This document shows positions 47,087 to 61,146 of a stretch of DNA of 64,000 bases, piece by piece. Position numbers and translations under genes: made by a program. The DNA is from Hamiltosporidium tvaerminnensis FI-OER-3-3 (taxonomy: Eukaryota; Fungi; Microsporidia). Numbering within the stretch: position 1 is the stretch's first letter; every line of letters begins with the position of its first letter. The stretch covers positions 248,001-312,000 of the forward strand of contig CM061246.1 in assembly GCA_022605425.2 (NCBI GenBank), in the 5' to 3' direction. The notes under the pieces are model-generated. The model was given only the letters and a program-made list of their open reading frames with translations. It was not told the origin of the DNA and did no database searches.

Positions 47087-50000
47087 TTACATTTTTATCA
47101 TGACAGTACCAAAACATATTCTGAACACTTTCTCTTTAGAGGAAAGATTTTTATATTTTACAACAACTGCACCTTCAGGTGCAATAGAACTTCCTGTGCC
47201 TTTTATTTGGTAACTTCTGGTTTCATCGTATACATTGACAGAAACACTGTCATTGCGTTCGATATCCCAGAAGAAACTCAAATGGCATCCACTAGCAAAT
47301 TCAAATTGATGTGTACTTTCACCATAAAATATAGCATAACAATCCACCATCCATTCGTGTGCATAAACATTTGCTATATCATAAAATTTCATGCAAAAAT
47401 TTTCACGCTCCGGATAAATATTTCTAATATCGATAGATACAGTAGTATCTTCTACAAAACTTAAAATAAATCGACATTTTTTTTCTACCAAAACTCGTAA
47501 ACCATTCAACAGAACACATCGTTTTTTCTTATCAAACACACTCACCTCAAAAGCACTGTTACCCTTCTCCAACACAAAAATCTCCATAAAATAAGTCCCT
47601 CTTCGTACCACGACCTCTTTCCTTTCCCAATTTTTAGATTTACAAATCATAAAATTTTCTTTATAGAAATCTTTGAGTCGAATTCTTAATTTCATCCCAA
47701 AAATAAACTCACCTGACCTTTCCAATAAAATATTTTCATTACTAAAAAATCTTACAATACACTTCTCTCCATTTCCCTCCACCACAAAAATCATCAATTT
47801 TCCACCCATAAAATCACAAAAAACCCTAAAAGTCCCTTTTTTCACTTTCTTTTCCTTTATTTCTACCTTTTCAAATTCCACCTCCTCTTCTTCAAACTTT
47901 AAATCCATATCTTCAAAACAATACATTTTTTCTTTTTCTCCATTACATTCCACTGTATAAACAAACATTCTATCCGAAAAACATTTTGCATTCACTATTT
48001 CCATCACATTATACAATAATTTCATTCTCACCTCAGCAGATTCCAACCCTTCTAACACCATATCTTCACTTATATCAAATACCAATACTCTTCCAACTAT
48101 ACAATCACCTAATCCTGTATTTTTTGTATCTACTCTATAAACACACATATTTTCATTTCCATCACTACTTTTCATACACATTTTTACGATCTCTTCAAAT
48201 TTATTTTCGTAATTTTTAAAATCCAATCCAAATTCTATTTTTTCTATTTTCTTTTCTACTTTTACATCTTCCTTCTTCAAAAAATAACTTTTAGCTTTGT
48301 TCCTTGAAAATGCCATTATTTTGTAAAGATTTACAGATCCAAGTGTCTTCATTTTTTTATCATACATTCTTCTTTTAAGTTTGTGTATTCTATTATCATT
48401 CATACAAAAGTCATTTGTATGGCTGTAATAAAACACATACAACTGCTTTTCTCGTATCTTAAATACCATAAATTCTGGTAATCCATTTAATTGGAAAAAA
48501 AGACAATCTTTATCTACAATTCTTATAAATTCATAACTATTTCCACCAGTAAATACCATTTTTACTAAAGAAATATCCTTTCCAAATTCATGTATCTCTT
48601 CACATGACACCAACCCAGATATTATCTCTTTAAAAATATTAAATTCATATAAACTATTCATAACTTTATTTTCTACATCTGAATACCCATCATAAAATTT
48701 TCTTTCATTATTTATACTGCCATTACTAACACCACTTAAATTACTAGTACTGATGTTAACACCCTTTATATTAGTAGTACTTATATTAACACCCTTTATA
48801 TTACAAGAATCACCCTCCTTATCACTAACACCCTTTAAATCACTACCCTTATCATTAACACCCCCACCATTATTACCATCATTAATTTTATTTTCTTCTA
48901 AAATAACCTTCTCAGGAAGAATAAAATGTGCACATTTAAGATGATTAGAAGTATCATTAACAAAATACCCATTTCTTCTATAAAAAATGCTATGGTCATA
49001 TTTCATTATCTTATAATCCATAGAACAATAAAGTCTTAAATCATTAATTATTTTGTTTTTTAATTCTTTAATTTCTTTATTTTTCATATCTTTGTTCATT
49101 TCAACAGAAGAATATTTTACTTCTTTCATTGAAGGTATAACCTGTGGAATAAATTGTGTATGAAAAGACGGATAAACAAATGTACGGTACAAAGAATATT
49201 TCATAAATTTTGACATAAAAGAACTAAGAGTACCTCGTAAAAATAATTTATCTTCTTCTTTTCCCAAACCTGTTTTACAACTCACTTTGAAAGAAGGATC
49301 AGTTAAAAAAGAAAATTCATATCTTGTATTGTAATTCTTAGAAGGCAATCTTAATAAAATTTTTCCTTTAAAGTTATCCACAGACCCACTTACAGGTAAA
49401 ATATATCCTTTAAATAAATGAACATCCAAATCAAAAACTAATCCCCCAAAATATTCTAAGTCCATCAGTAAATAACAATTTTTAAATATGTCGTTAGTAT
49501 TGTCCAAACCTTCATTTTCTAATTCATTGATGTTTTTATCCAAATCTTGATTATTATCATTTTTATTGTCTGTTCTATTTTCATTTATATTTTCTGCTTT
49601 ACTTTCCTTAATATTATCCTTTCATTTTGTTTCTTTTATTTCTTTTTTATTTACTTTATATTTCCTTTCTATTTTTTTTCTTTCCTTAATATTCTTTTTT
49701 TCTACTTTATTTCTTATATTATCCTTTCTATTTTCAATTTTACTTTCCTTAATATTATCCTTTCTATTTTCTGCTTTACTTTCCTTAATATTATCCTTTC
49801 TATTTTCAATTTTACTTTCCTTAATATTATCCTTTCTATTTTCAATTTTACTCACTTTTTTTTCAAAATTTTTATTTTTCAAATTCATTTCTTTGGTTTC
49901 ATTGAAATTATTATTTTCTTCATTAAAATTATTATTTTCATCGTCTGTACTTTCAACACTTCCATTACTTCTATTACCCTCAATTACTTCTACTGTTCGA

Positions 50001-50542
50001 TTATCATCACTACTAATCATTTCTTCTGTATTTAATATCTCTGTTTTGGTATCCAATTGTATATTAGAAAGTTTTTTTTCTTCTTCTTCTATTTGTGCAC
50101 TGAGTGTAGAAAGAGAAGTATTTGATATTTTTATAAGTTTTAGATATTCTGAATGTCTAAGTACCCTTATACTATATATTATAGGACATTCATTGCCAAT
50201 ATCAATATCTTTAATATCAACAGCTGACACAATATGTGTTTTTAAAACACCTTTCATTTTTGAAAGAATAATACGTTTAAGTCTGTCTTTATACGCATCT
50301 GATGTTCTAAGCTCAGCAAAATATCTTTGTATAAGTAGATTGAACCAGTATGTGTCTGTACAGGTATGTAATGATTTAAGTGCTATGTCTTCTTGTCTTC
50401 GTGTCATTTTTAAACACGTAGGAGGTCTTGGTACATTAAATATTCTTTTACTTGTTATTTTTGAAAGATAAAATGTTGAAAGTGTTTCTAAAAGAGGATT
50501 CATTATTATTCCTATTATAATGCCTATTATTAGTTCTATCAT
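47087..50542 (-). CDS. SMP-domain membrane-contact/lipid-transfer protein (Mmm1/PDZD8/Tex2-like); one frame with an internal TGA at 49624-49622
   Basis: N-terminal TM segment. SMP N-half DTYWFNLLIQRYF...DIDIGNECPII in ORF 49622-50542. SMP C-half MDLEYFGG...FKGKILLRL...FSFLTDP in ORF 47087-49543. Both ORFs are in the same frame with only one stop between them. Confidence 0.75.
49590..49853 (-). repeat. 36-bp coding tandem repeat (SKIENRKDNIKE)
   Basis: About 3.7 clean units, then degenerate units, then a further KDNIKESKAEN after the stop codon. Confidence 0.9.
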
Positions 50543-50725
50543 TTAAAATGGGGTCAGATTTGGAGATTTAGAAAGTAAACAATTTAAAGATTAAATGCTT
50601 TTGATAAGAAAGGGTTTCAAAAATTTGATTGGAATTATTTTATACAAAGTGTAAGAACTACTCAATAAATGGAATAAAAATGACTTCAAAAGGGGTCAAA
50701 ATATAAACGATATGTGGTTTTATAT

Positions 50726-50957
50726 GTACACACAAGAATTAAACAATTAGATGTAAAAAATATTCTGTAAAAAATCTTTATTTAGAACTATAATCTGATT
50801 TTAAAGGTACGAAGAAGAATGAAACAATTAAAAGTATTCTGTAAAAAATCTTTATTTAAATTATAATGTGATTTTATAGGTACGAACAAGAATGAAACAA
50901 TTAAAAAATTAAATATTCTGTAAAAAATCTTTATTTAAATTATAATCTGATTTTAAA
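50726..50957. repeat. ~70-80-bp imperfect tandem repeat x3, upstream of the SMP gene
   Basis: AAGAAT(G/T)AAACAATTA...TATTCTGTAAAAAATCTTTATTTA...TATAAT(C/G)TGATTTTA three times. Confidence 0.9.
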
Positions 50958-53768
50958 ATCAATTTTTATCTTTTTAAAATATTTTTATTTCGGAAAGTTT
51001 GATTTAAAAATTTAGTAAAATATTTTTGTTAATTAGCAATAAATATATTTTTTTATTTTATACCTTGGTTCATACTTTATATCTGTTATTACTAACTTAT
51101 TTTTATTATATTTGATTTTTTTTGTTTGATTTTTCTTCTGTATTTTATAAAAAAATTTTTACGTTTTTTTAAAGTGGCTAGCTTTAAATTTTGTAGATTT
51201 ATATTGTCTGTAATTATTTTGTTAGTTAAGATTTATACTTTTTATTTTAAATTTCTGTTAGTGTGATTTTTATCTGATTAATAGTATCTATGTGTTTATA
51301 AAGATTTTTTTTGAGAGAAATCTAAATAAATTCTATAGTTAGAAAATAGAAATATAAGTGATATGTGATATGTGATTAGATTGAAATATTTATATAAAAT
51401 ATTATTCCGTGGTATAATACACAAAATTATATCAAGAGGCCTATTGATTTAAATTCATTTGTTTGATAGAAAAAAAGGTTAAATGAGAGTTGGATCTAAA
51501 ATTCGTGATAATCATGGACAGAGTAATGTCATGAAACTGATATTCTTTAAAAATTTAACATTTTGAAGAAAAAACCAATTTTAAATTCTGATTTTTTAGG
51601 ACTTTTCTCTGTTGGTTGTAATGCTAATTTTCAATTCATAATGAAGTTTTTCTTTAAAATAGTTTGAAGCATTGGCATTTAGTTATAAAGCCTTGTATGG
51701 CTATTTCGATAATTTCTCGAAAATAGGTAGTGAGTAACTTGCAATTTTTAAATAAATATTGTAGGGTTTTCGATATCGAAAAGATGCTTCAGTTATAAAA
51801 AAGATATATAACTTGTCATGTAGTTTAATACCGTTTATAAAGATAATTTTATAAAATACTTTCAAGACTTAAGTAATTTCTTTTTCTTTGTACAAATTTA
51901 GATATAGCCGTTATCTTTCATCTGAATAAATATGATTATTTGGATATTTCCAAGTAGTGGTTTCTTTATACTTTCAAATTATAATTTAGTTGAATAATAT
52001 TTTTTTGAATGTGAGATGTACGAATAGAGAAATGTTTACTTCAAAAATTAAAAAAAATGCAAATTAAAGTTGCTTAAACCTAGAAAAAGTCCAAAAGAGG
52101 ATATATTGACAATTTAAAATGTATTAAATGTATCCGAAAGATATTTCCTAATACGATCATCAATAAAGAACCTCATTTACTATTTAAATATGTTGTTTTT
52201 TTTTGAACGATTGTTGGTTTGACATAATATCCTCGTTTTTTTAATAAAAATATTCCTTCGTGTAGATCAACAAGAACTATGAAAGATCTTCATAAAGCTA
52301 TCATTTTAAACGAAGCTGCCAACACAAAGTGCTCAATACAAAGTACTATTACAGGTATAATGTATGAAGGACCTAGATACTTGATTCAAGCTGTAAGAAA
52401 ATATTTAGAATAGTATCTAAAAAAGACTAAGTTATAATTGTAAGATATTTTAAAAATAAATAAGTATATACCTAAACAAACCTAAGATAAAAATACAAAT
52501 AATGAACAGCAAAGAGTTTAACAATCAAAAACGGGGAAAAACATAGATTTGATACCGATATCTCTATGCCATGTTCGAAAAGGAATTATACAGTACTTCA
52601 AACTGATATATATACGTATTTGACTAAAATTAAAGCAAAACAGATTAAAATTGAAAAACTGATTACATTCGAATTATAAATTCAAAAAAATCGCAGGATT
52701 TCATAGAATAAAAGGCCAAAGAAAGATAGAAACCCATATGCACTTGCAATATTTCTAACCTCATCTGTTATACAAGGTGCCCAGATATGCTATGACGAGG
52801 AAACACATAAAAGAACCCCAAAAACATCTTGGACTAAAACATACGAGATAAAAATTCAAGTTAATACATATCAGAGATGCTTGTAAGATGACACTTTTAT
52901 GAGAAAATAATTCACTGAAATAGAAATCTTTAAAATCATTCTGTGAAATGCAAATTAAACCTAAAAAAACCAAACGATTTATCTGAAGATAAAAAATACA
53001 TGCGAATCTTTAATTTTATACGAAGGATTTATAAGGTATAGATTTAGAAAGCGATTTTGAAGCCGATCTTATCACGGGTTTTCTGACGGGTTAGATCCAG
53101 GTCGTAGTTAATCGTGACATAATTTGAAGTTTTTTTTCTTAACCTGGTCCCGGAATAAAAAAATGGCTATATGCAAGGAAATTTAATATTTTCTATGCAA
53201 AAACTTCTAAAAACATGCATCCTTGACTAAATAAGTTTAGAATATTTTCAATGTAGTTTAAAATTTCAAAGCTACTGAATATACTTGTATTTATTTATTT
53301 TACATATTTAAACTTACAGATTCCACAAAGATCTCATATATTTTTGAAATTAAAAATTTGTTTGAAACATCTTAAGCTTAATAATTTCATACCAGCTTAT
53401 GCATCTGATGCTAAAAATTATAGTAAATAGAGGCTCTCTATACATATCCACTAATCCACGGCAAATATTTTTAAATTAACGACATTAAATGTAAAAAATA
53501 CCATTCAAAATGTGTTATAAATGTTAAAGAGCAATGTAACAGCCAAAATCGAGGTTCTGAAACCTTTAGTTCAATATCATATTGAATTTTATAAAGAGTC
53601 TAAACCACAATAATTCCTTATTATTTCTTATCAAAATATTAAAAAGTATTTTGCAACGTTTATTATTAAATGTTTTTCAATGAAATTTAATGGTTTCAAA
53701 CAGATATGCAAAAAAATGAAAATATATCTTTAAAAAATTTTTGATAATACATATTTTAGAAAGTAAAC

Positions 53769-54190
53769 CTTACTTACATATTCCAGTTACCTTCATCCGC
53801 TCAATGTTGTTTATAAACATAATGTACGCTAAGGTTTCTTTCGCTTGTCAATTTCAGAACATTTTCTCCGTCTATCCCACTTTAAAGTAACGCGGTTTTA
53901 AAGGGTCAACCCCTTTCAAATTACAGGTTACTCTTTATTATCCGAAAAATCCACTTCTTTTACTTGGCATAAGTGATAATCCGATTTTCGCGCCAAGTAA
54001 TTGATTTTTGAAATAGTCTTTTATTTTTATTATTGTTTTTAATATTCTGTTATAATTTAAGATTCTCGTCGTTGGCCTAGTATATCTAATGTGACTTATA
54101 TTTTATTAAAATATCATCGATGATTTTCGCATCAATTTAACGCACTCATTGCGAAGCAGATAACTTTAAATATGGTGATCCTCCCTCCAC
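53769..54190 (-). mobile_element. Family S element with a longer RTE-derived 3' part
   Basis: Head GTGGAGGGAGGATCACCAT...TCTGCTTCGCAATGAGTG. The last ~140 nt (GGTTGACCCTTTAAAACCGC...ATTGACAAGCG...CAACATTGAG...GGAATATGTAAGTAAG) align with LINE 34367-34512. Confidence 0.72.
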
Positions 54191-57100
54191 AATGAACCTA
54201 ATCAGTATTATAAAGTAAAATGTAAGAACGAAAAATCTTGGAAAGTAAAACTTCAAAACAAATGCTAAATTCAAAAAGGAAAGATCTTATCGTGTCTTTG
54301 ACATGCATAATGAACTTCATTGTTAAAAATATTATTTATTTATACTATTGCTATTACGCTTGGCACGCAGGCCATCAGCTAGCCTATATATATTTTACTT
54401 TTATAATTTTGTTTTAGACGCAATATTAGCCCATAACATTGCGACAATAACGGCCGAATTACCAATTTTAACAAAAAAAACTACTCAAACCCTGATTTGG
54501 TAAAGTTTTTTCAAGTCTTAATTTATACTTTTCCGATATTAAATAGGTTTTCCCCGGAAAGAGAAATAAAACTTTCTGGTTCAGCTTTGAATTCCCAGCT
54601 TTCAATACAAGATTCAAAGATATTGACTACTACGCCAACCAATGACCAGCATTTAAAGAAAAACAAAATTGCATGATATTATGTTCTTGATAATACTTCA
54701 GTTCATTTTTATCTTTACTTTGCAATAAGTATTATTATGTCATGTTAAAAATTAAATACCATACCGAACCGTATCCTTCTCATTTTCGAAGGAGAAATAG
54801 AACATCTTAGCTTTATAACTTGTAGGTTTTTTTTGTTACTTGCTATTTAACAGAAGTAAATAAATTATAAATTGTGTTTCTCTATTAAAACAGCTGATAG
54901 ATACTCATATGGTATTCTATTTTTTTTATTTCAATATATATGAATATCAAAAATAAGGTAGATCATGAATGCATACGTTTAAAGAAAAATGGACATCGTT
55001 AATTTATTATTACATCAAGAAATAAGATAATTTGCATTGTTTCAAAGAAACACTTTCGGTTATCAAAGAATCATTTATGTAATTGAGCAACGTTTCAAAG
55101 GTTAAAGAGAGTAAATTCTAAATATTTATTTGGTTCAAATCCGAGAAACCAATAATAGTGCTTCGATTTCAATTATGAACCTTGATTTTTTCATAAATTA
55201 TACGCAACCAATAATAGTGGGCAGTAATAGAACATGAAACATCTAGAAATATTCGATTGGTCAAAAAAATATTCGCAGAAATTAATGTTAAAAATACTTT
55301 TTAGAGTGTTTAGTATGTGGCAAGAAAAGCATAAAAAACGTTTTTTTCATCTTTTAACGTTTTTATTTTTTTTTTGATTTTTTAGCAAATAATTTTTATT
55401 GTTAGATAAATAATTGTATGACAAGATTATGATTTTTTGCCTTTATTAGGTGAAATTTATTTATATCCTTAATAATAGTTCTATAAAAAAATTATTTCTC
55501 GAATATTCTATTGAATTTTATAGCCAATTAAACTGAAATATTTTCAATAAAAATAAATAAGACTTCATATAACCAATGAATTAACTTTTAGAGCAATATC
55601 ACAAAAAAAAACTTCAAGCGAATAAATACTAACGAGAAAAAAGATATAATATAGTAAAAATAGATGGTAAAGTGGATAGTAAAAAGATGAAATGTCGAGC
55701 TGAATCTCTATAAAATTTAAAGCAGTTATATCAGAACAGAAAATATCGAATAAAAAGGAGGCTAAATTTGGTTAAAAACTTGCGGACTGAGCGGCTAAAA
55801 ATACAGATATAAAAAACCAGAGAAATATACCAGAAAACATATTAACTAGAGTTATAACATTTAATAAAAATATTATTAAATTAAAGCACAGCTATCGAAA
55901 TTTAAGACAAAAAATATCATATTCATCTTTTTTTGTTTATAGTAATTTTAAGTTTGTTTCTATGAACTTAAAAGCTAGTTATATTATAATTTCCAAAAAG
56001 AATATATTTAACCCACAATAAATATATATTTTTATAGAATTCTTGTATTTCAGACCCAAAAAACTTTTTATATGGCCAAAAGATAAGGTTCGTTTGATAA
56101 TACACTTTCAAATTAATCTTTACTTTTATTTATTTTTAAAGCATTAAAATTTATTTATATGTAAGTTCTAGTACTATTAGAGTAGTAATTTGGCCTTTAT
56201 TTTTATTACAATCCTTTTATTATAAAGTCGAGTAATGCCGTGAAGATGATGGCAGCTAACCTAAAATGTTTAATTAGTTCAAAAAACTCTAGGGCGCTAA
56301 TAAAAATTTTCAATTTTGAAAATGTAACTTATGATTTGTTCATAGATCTTATACAAACAATATTTTTGGATAAAAGTAGAATATTTCACAATTCTAAATG
56401 TTTTATTGCTCCAAAAATATCCTCAGCAACTATTATTAAGCAATTTTTCTTGGTGGTAGTAGTAGATTATATTAAAATCAATTATGAATAAATTTTTTTA
56501 CTTGTGAATCGTTTTATATTCTAAAAAAAATTATTTGGATTACTCGGTTAGATTTTCAAAATTGTTTTATTACACGCAAACTTTAATAGAATAAATCTAA
56601 AGTTTTAATAATTTCCTTCCTATAATTTATTTATATACTTAATGAAATTTTAACAAAAAAACCATACTTCGAATAATAATATAAAATTTTATATCTGGTT
56701 GATTCAAAGGTTGCAATAACAAAACTTAGGAAGTTATGCAATTATTTGATTCACCAATACCTTTCACCGTGTAAAAACACAGTTTTTTCTGTCAAAAAAA
56801 TGGTTTTGATGAATAAATCGCAATAAAAAAATGAAAGAATAGAATAAAAATAAATTAGCAAAATGAAGAACTAATAGAAAATACCGAGCTGAAATTCTGT
56901 TAACCCAACGATACGTAGATTGGATTATAAAAATAAACAAAGTAAAAAAAAGTGCAACCTATATTCCAAATTTTTAAAGGCCGCTAAAACTACCGATATG
57001 AAAAATTAAAAATATACTAATAAATAGAAGATGTGAGTTCATAAAAACCTAAATAAAACACTAAGAAATTTTAGATTGGTTTTAGCGGTAAGAAGAGAAA

Positions 57101-58605
57101 TCTATATTTTCTGTATATTTTTTTGAAGGTAAAGGTAAGGTCATTTCCAACTGCTTTTCAACTGATATAATATAAAAACATATGTAATCAAATATTCTGT
57201 GCAATGCAGTAGTTGAAATAGTTTGCTACATTGATTTTTGCTCATTATAATTGTGTTTAAACATATCAAAACTGAAAAACATCATAAAAACAAAATATAG
57301 GTGTATAAATAGGAATTATTGAAAGATATACTACGAAAAAAATATATAAATAAATATTCTAAATGTAGTACTAGTAATTGCAATCATATATTAAATAAAT
57401 ATTAAAATTTGATATTTGAGGACTATTAAGAACTAATACGTTCAAACAATAATTTAAATAAGAATTTATAGTTTTTTGTTTAGTTTGTTCATGAAAACGA
57501 ATTTAACAGCTTATAAAAGGTACTAAATGTATTTTTGTTAAGCCAACAGATTTATTTTCATACAAAAACATTATTTGCTTTAAGGCTCACATCTGATTAT
57601 ACAAACCTAAAAAGCAATAAGAATATCATACGAACGTAAATTACATGATTATATTTACAAATCTCGTAATTTTAACTTTTTATTTTCGTTAAACTAAGTA
57701 ACAAAAGTTATTTATTACCTCATTCATATGTTAAGGCACAAAATGTGTTTAAATACATCACTTGATCCAACAATACTTAATAAATCCATCTTTTTGATGT
57801 GTAGAGAGAATATCACAAAAGCTGCCAGACTTAGTTATGAAAATATTTCTAATTTAACAGCGAGGTTGCCAAATTTCACAAAAAAACATACTATTTCACA
57901 TAAAACACCCAATAATTTATTGAATCGTAGGTTTAGAATTAATATAAAATATCCAAATAGGAATTCAAAATGCAAAAAAACAATAAGATATAAGCAAATC
58001 AGTATAAATATTAGACAACGAGATATTTTTAAAACCAATAACCACACATTATAAACTCAGTGTAAAATGAATAAATTTTAACTCAAAATTAAATATTCTA
58101 CTATAATTCATAAAACAATTTTTTTCAGAATTTGATTTGATAAATAATTTTGGACGAATTTTTCAGCTTAAAATATATTCGAACGTTATCATTCATTTTT
58201 ATAGTCTCTCCAATCAAATTTAGTAAAAATAAATATCTTTTGGTTGAAAGTCAATGATTAAAAAATTTCTTTTAATTGATTTGTAAATATTATTCATTCA
58301 ATAAAAAAATATCTAAATGATTCATATTTGGAAAAGTTTTTAGGTAAAATTTTGTATTTCATTATAGGCTACAAATATTTATAAATAAATTTCAAAGTAT
58401 GTTTTACAATTCAATGATTCTATTACCAGCAAAACATTTTATTTTTAAAAACAATATTTTAATAATTTCTAATTTTAGATTTTTAATAATTATAAATTTC
58501 AATTTTATATTCTGTTTAGATTTTTTTTTATTTGCAACTCAACCCACATTTTTCATTTATGATCAAACATCCCGAATATATTTTAAATCCTCTAGTAACC
58601 CCTAA

Positions 58606-59163
58606 ATGATTTTATTTTCAATTTTTCTAGTTTCTATTTTGGCCGGAGAAGTAAAAATACCTCCAAATGGTCGTTTACATTTTGAAGACTCTGCGAAACA
58701 GAACCAGCTTTACAAATTTGAGTTCTATGAATCATCTGGAAAGCCGGTGCATGTCACAATAATGGACAATAGGCAACGTAAAATAGCAGAATGGAATACT
58801 CAGTATGCTGTAATGCATACAAAAGCACAGAATGCCACTACTTATGACTTCATAATTCGAAATCCTAATAAGGCAGAAGTAAGTGTATTCTTCAGATGCC
58901 CTGATGTAAAAAAAGAACTTCATGGTGCATTAGGCCCAATAGAGGATGTGGATTATGTTGCTGCGTTTGAGGAACTCTTAAAAAATGATGTGGTTAGTTA
59001 TCGTAATTATAGTAAGAAACAAAAACAACACAGTGAAATGGTAAGTAAATCAAGAATTTGGATTATTGTTCTTATGATTGGTGAAATTGCTTTTTCTATT
59101 GCAATTATAAGATATTTACATGTGATGACTACAAGTTATTTCAATCAGCGTATTAAAATGTAA
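58606..59163 (+). CDS. p24/emp24 family (GOLD domain) cargo receptor
   Basis: Signal peptide, GOLD-like beta domain (YDFIIRN), coiled coil, C-terminal TM segment and a short YF-containing tail. CCCCTAA precedes the ATG. Confidence 0.8.
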   Translation: MILFSIFLVSILAGEVKIPPNGRLHFEDSAKQNQLYKFEFYESSGKPVHVTIMDNRQRKIAEWNTQYAVMHTKAQNATTYDFIIRNPNKAEVSVFFRCPDVKKELHGALGPIEDVDYVAAFEELLKNDVVSYRNYSKKQKQHSEMVSKSRIWIIVLMIGEIAFSIAIIRYLHVMTTSYFNQRIKM

Positions 59164-61146
59164 GGATTTATAAAATATTGTTTTTTATTTTTTTTGTGCC
59201 ATATTTTTTGATAATTCTCTTATTAATACTAAAAAGACGATCAAAATTTTTTAGGAAAAATCGGAATTGTTTTTGATACGAATATTATTCCATTATAATC
59301 GTAAAAAAATCTAATAAAAAAATAATTACTAATATATTTCAATCTATCATTGTTTACAATAAAAGTTAGCCTCATTAAATTAATAAATATTTTCCAAATT
59401 TTTGATTGGACAGATTTTAAATAGAAAAATATGATTTTAAAATACAAGGTTTTTAAAACAGAATTTCGAAACAATCAGTCAGTATTGAAGTGCAAAGTGA
59501 ACGCATGTTTTTGCAATTCTTATATTGCCTGGAAAAAAGTAAACAATTTTACAATAGAAGAGCAAAAATTCAAAACTTAAAGAATATTTGAAAAATCATT
59601 TTTCCAGGATTAAAGGATCTCTCTAAGTAAAACATAAAATAGAAAAAGAGATCGATTAGAAAATTGAAAAGCACTCATCCAGTAAATTTATATAACGAAA
59701 TGTAAAAATTTAAGTAAATTAAAAGTTATATAATGATAGAAATAATGAGCTTGTATGTATTGTTGATACTTAAAAATGGTTAAAAAGTAGAATTTTAGGG
59801 GCATTTGATGATGCTTGTTCTGCTACATCCAGTATATAAATGTATTATACCGAAAGAATGTGTATGCCAACCCTGCATTAGTCTACGAAAACAGCTGAAC
59901 ATTTATAGACAGGATGTCTAGAAAGGCTCGATCACTGGCCATACCAGACGAAAAAAATGAAGTGACAATGCATATATTTTCTCCAACTAAATAGATACAA
60001 GTTCAATCCATCGAAACGAATTAGTGACATCCAACCCGAGAAATTCTTTAAATTAGTATTCAGATATTAGAGTTAGTATCTTGATAAAAACCGATACCTA
60101 ATTTTGGAACAATAAGCGGGTATATTCGTTTAGAATGAGAATTAAACAGGCTTATTTATAATTTCAAATATCGGCACATGATTGGTTAAAATTTATGTAA
60201 AGGAAAAAACCAAAACGACTTATAAACCAATTAATTTTATCTTTTTGAAAGTGTTTATAATAAATACCTTCATAGATCATGACCTGAGATAATGGTTAAC
60301 TAAATACAACCAACTTTACCTAAATAAAGCACCTAATGACAGAAAGAGAAGTGGTTTGTCTCCATCTTCAATATTCAAAAAATAGTCGAAGTCTTTTTTG
60401 AGCAACAAAACGAGGCGAAGTCAAGACCAAATGCAGATTGGATTTAAGGAAAAGGCATCATTCGATGTTATGTAAGTAGCCATAAGACGTAAACAGTTAA
60501 TATTCATATTAAGGATGAAAGCCAGCTAAGAATGAGTTCTTAAGCAGACAAGTAATCCGATTAATGAAACCCAAACCGTACTTAAAATATCAGAATCGAA
60601 ACAATGACTTAAAATATTTAAAATGATTCAAACATAAAAATTAAGTCAAATAGAACGAGGAAAACGGCAGAAGCGCAAGCAAAAACAGGAAAAAAAAAAC
60701 AAACTGTATTAAATTTATTGTATTTTGCAAACCCGAATATTTTTATATATAAAATATAAGTATAATATTTTCAAAACTTAACTCTTATTTACTTATTCTT
60801 CCACGGATCAACATAAATCTTTAAAACAGTTTTTTCAGTTTTTATCGATATGAAAAATTTTTAAAGGAATCATTCAAACATCTAAGAACGCTGAACTATA
60901 TCATAATATGGCGTTTTTAAAGACTTAGAAATACATTGATAACATATAAAATTAAAAGAAACAATTTAAAGTATAAAGAACATCAAGGTACCCGAAAAAA
61001 ACACAAACTTTAAACCTCTGTCTATTCCAAAACTGATTTTCAAATAGTTTGCACTTAACAATTTTTCAACCTCAATATTCTTAAAGTTTTCTCGTTTAAA
61101 CTATCTTAGTTTTAAATTTACCTTTTTTGATCCCTCAAATCAAAAT

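Noticed and set aside
49547-50471. Hydrophobic + strand ORFs (162 aa and 301 aa)
   Set aside because: They are antisense shadows of the K/E/N-rich repeat in the SMP gene.
57728-58054. 108-aa ORF and other 60-110 aa ORFs in AT-rich spacers
   Set aside because: No domain signature, no CCC start motif, and composition typical of random AT-rich frames.
59750-60700. GC-elevated stretch that looks like decayed coding or TE sequence (similar stretches at 10200-11900, 17000-17900 and 51400-53200)
   Set aside because: No recognisable motif or ORF; TBLASTX against TE libraries would be needed.
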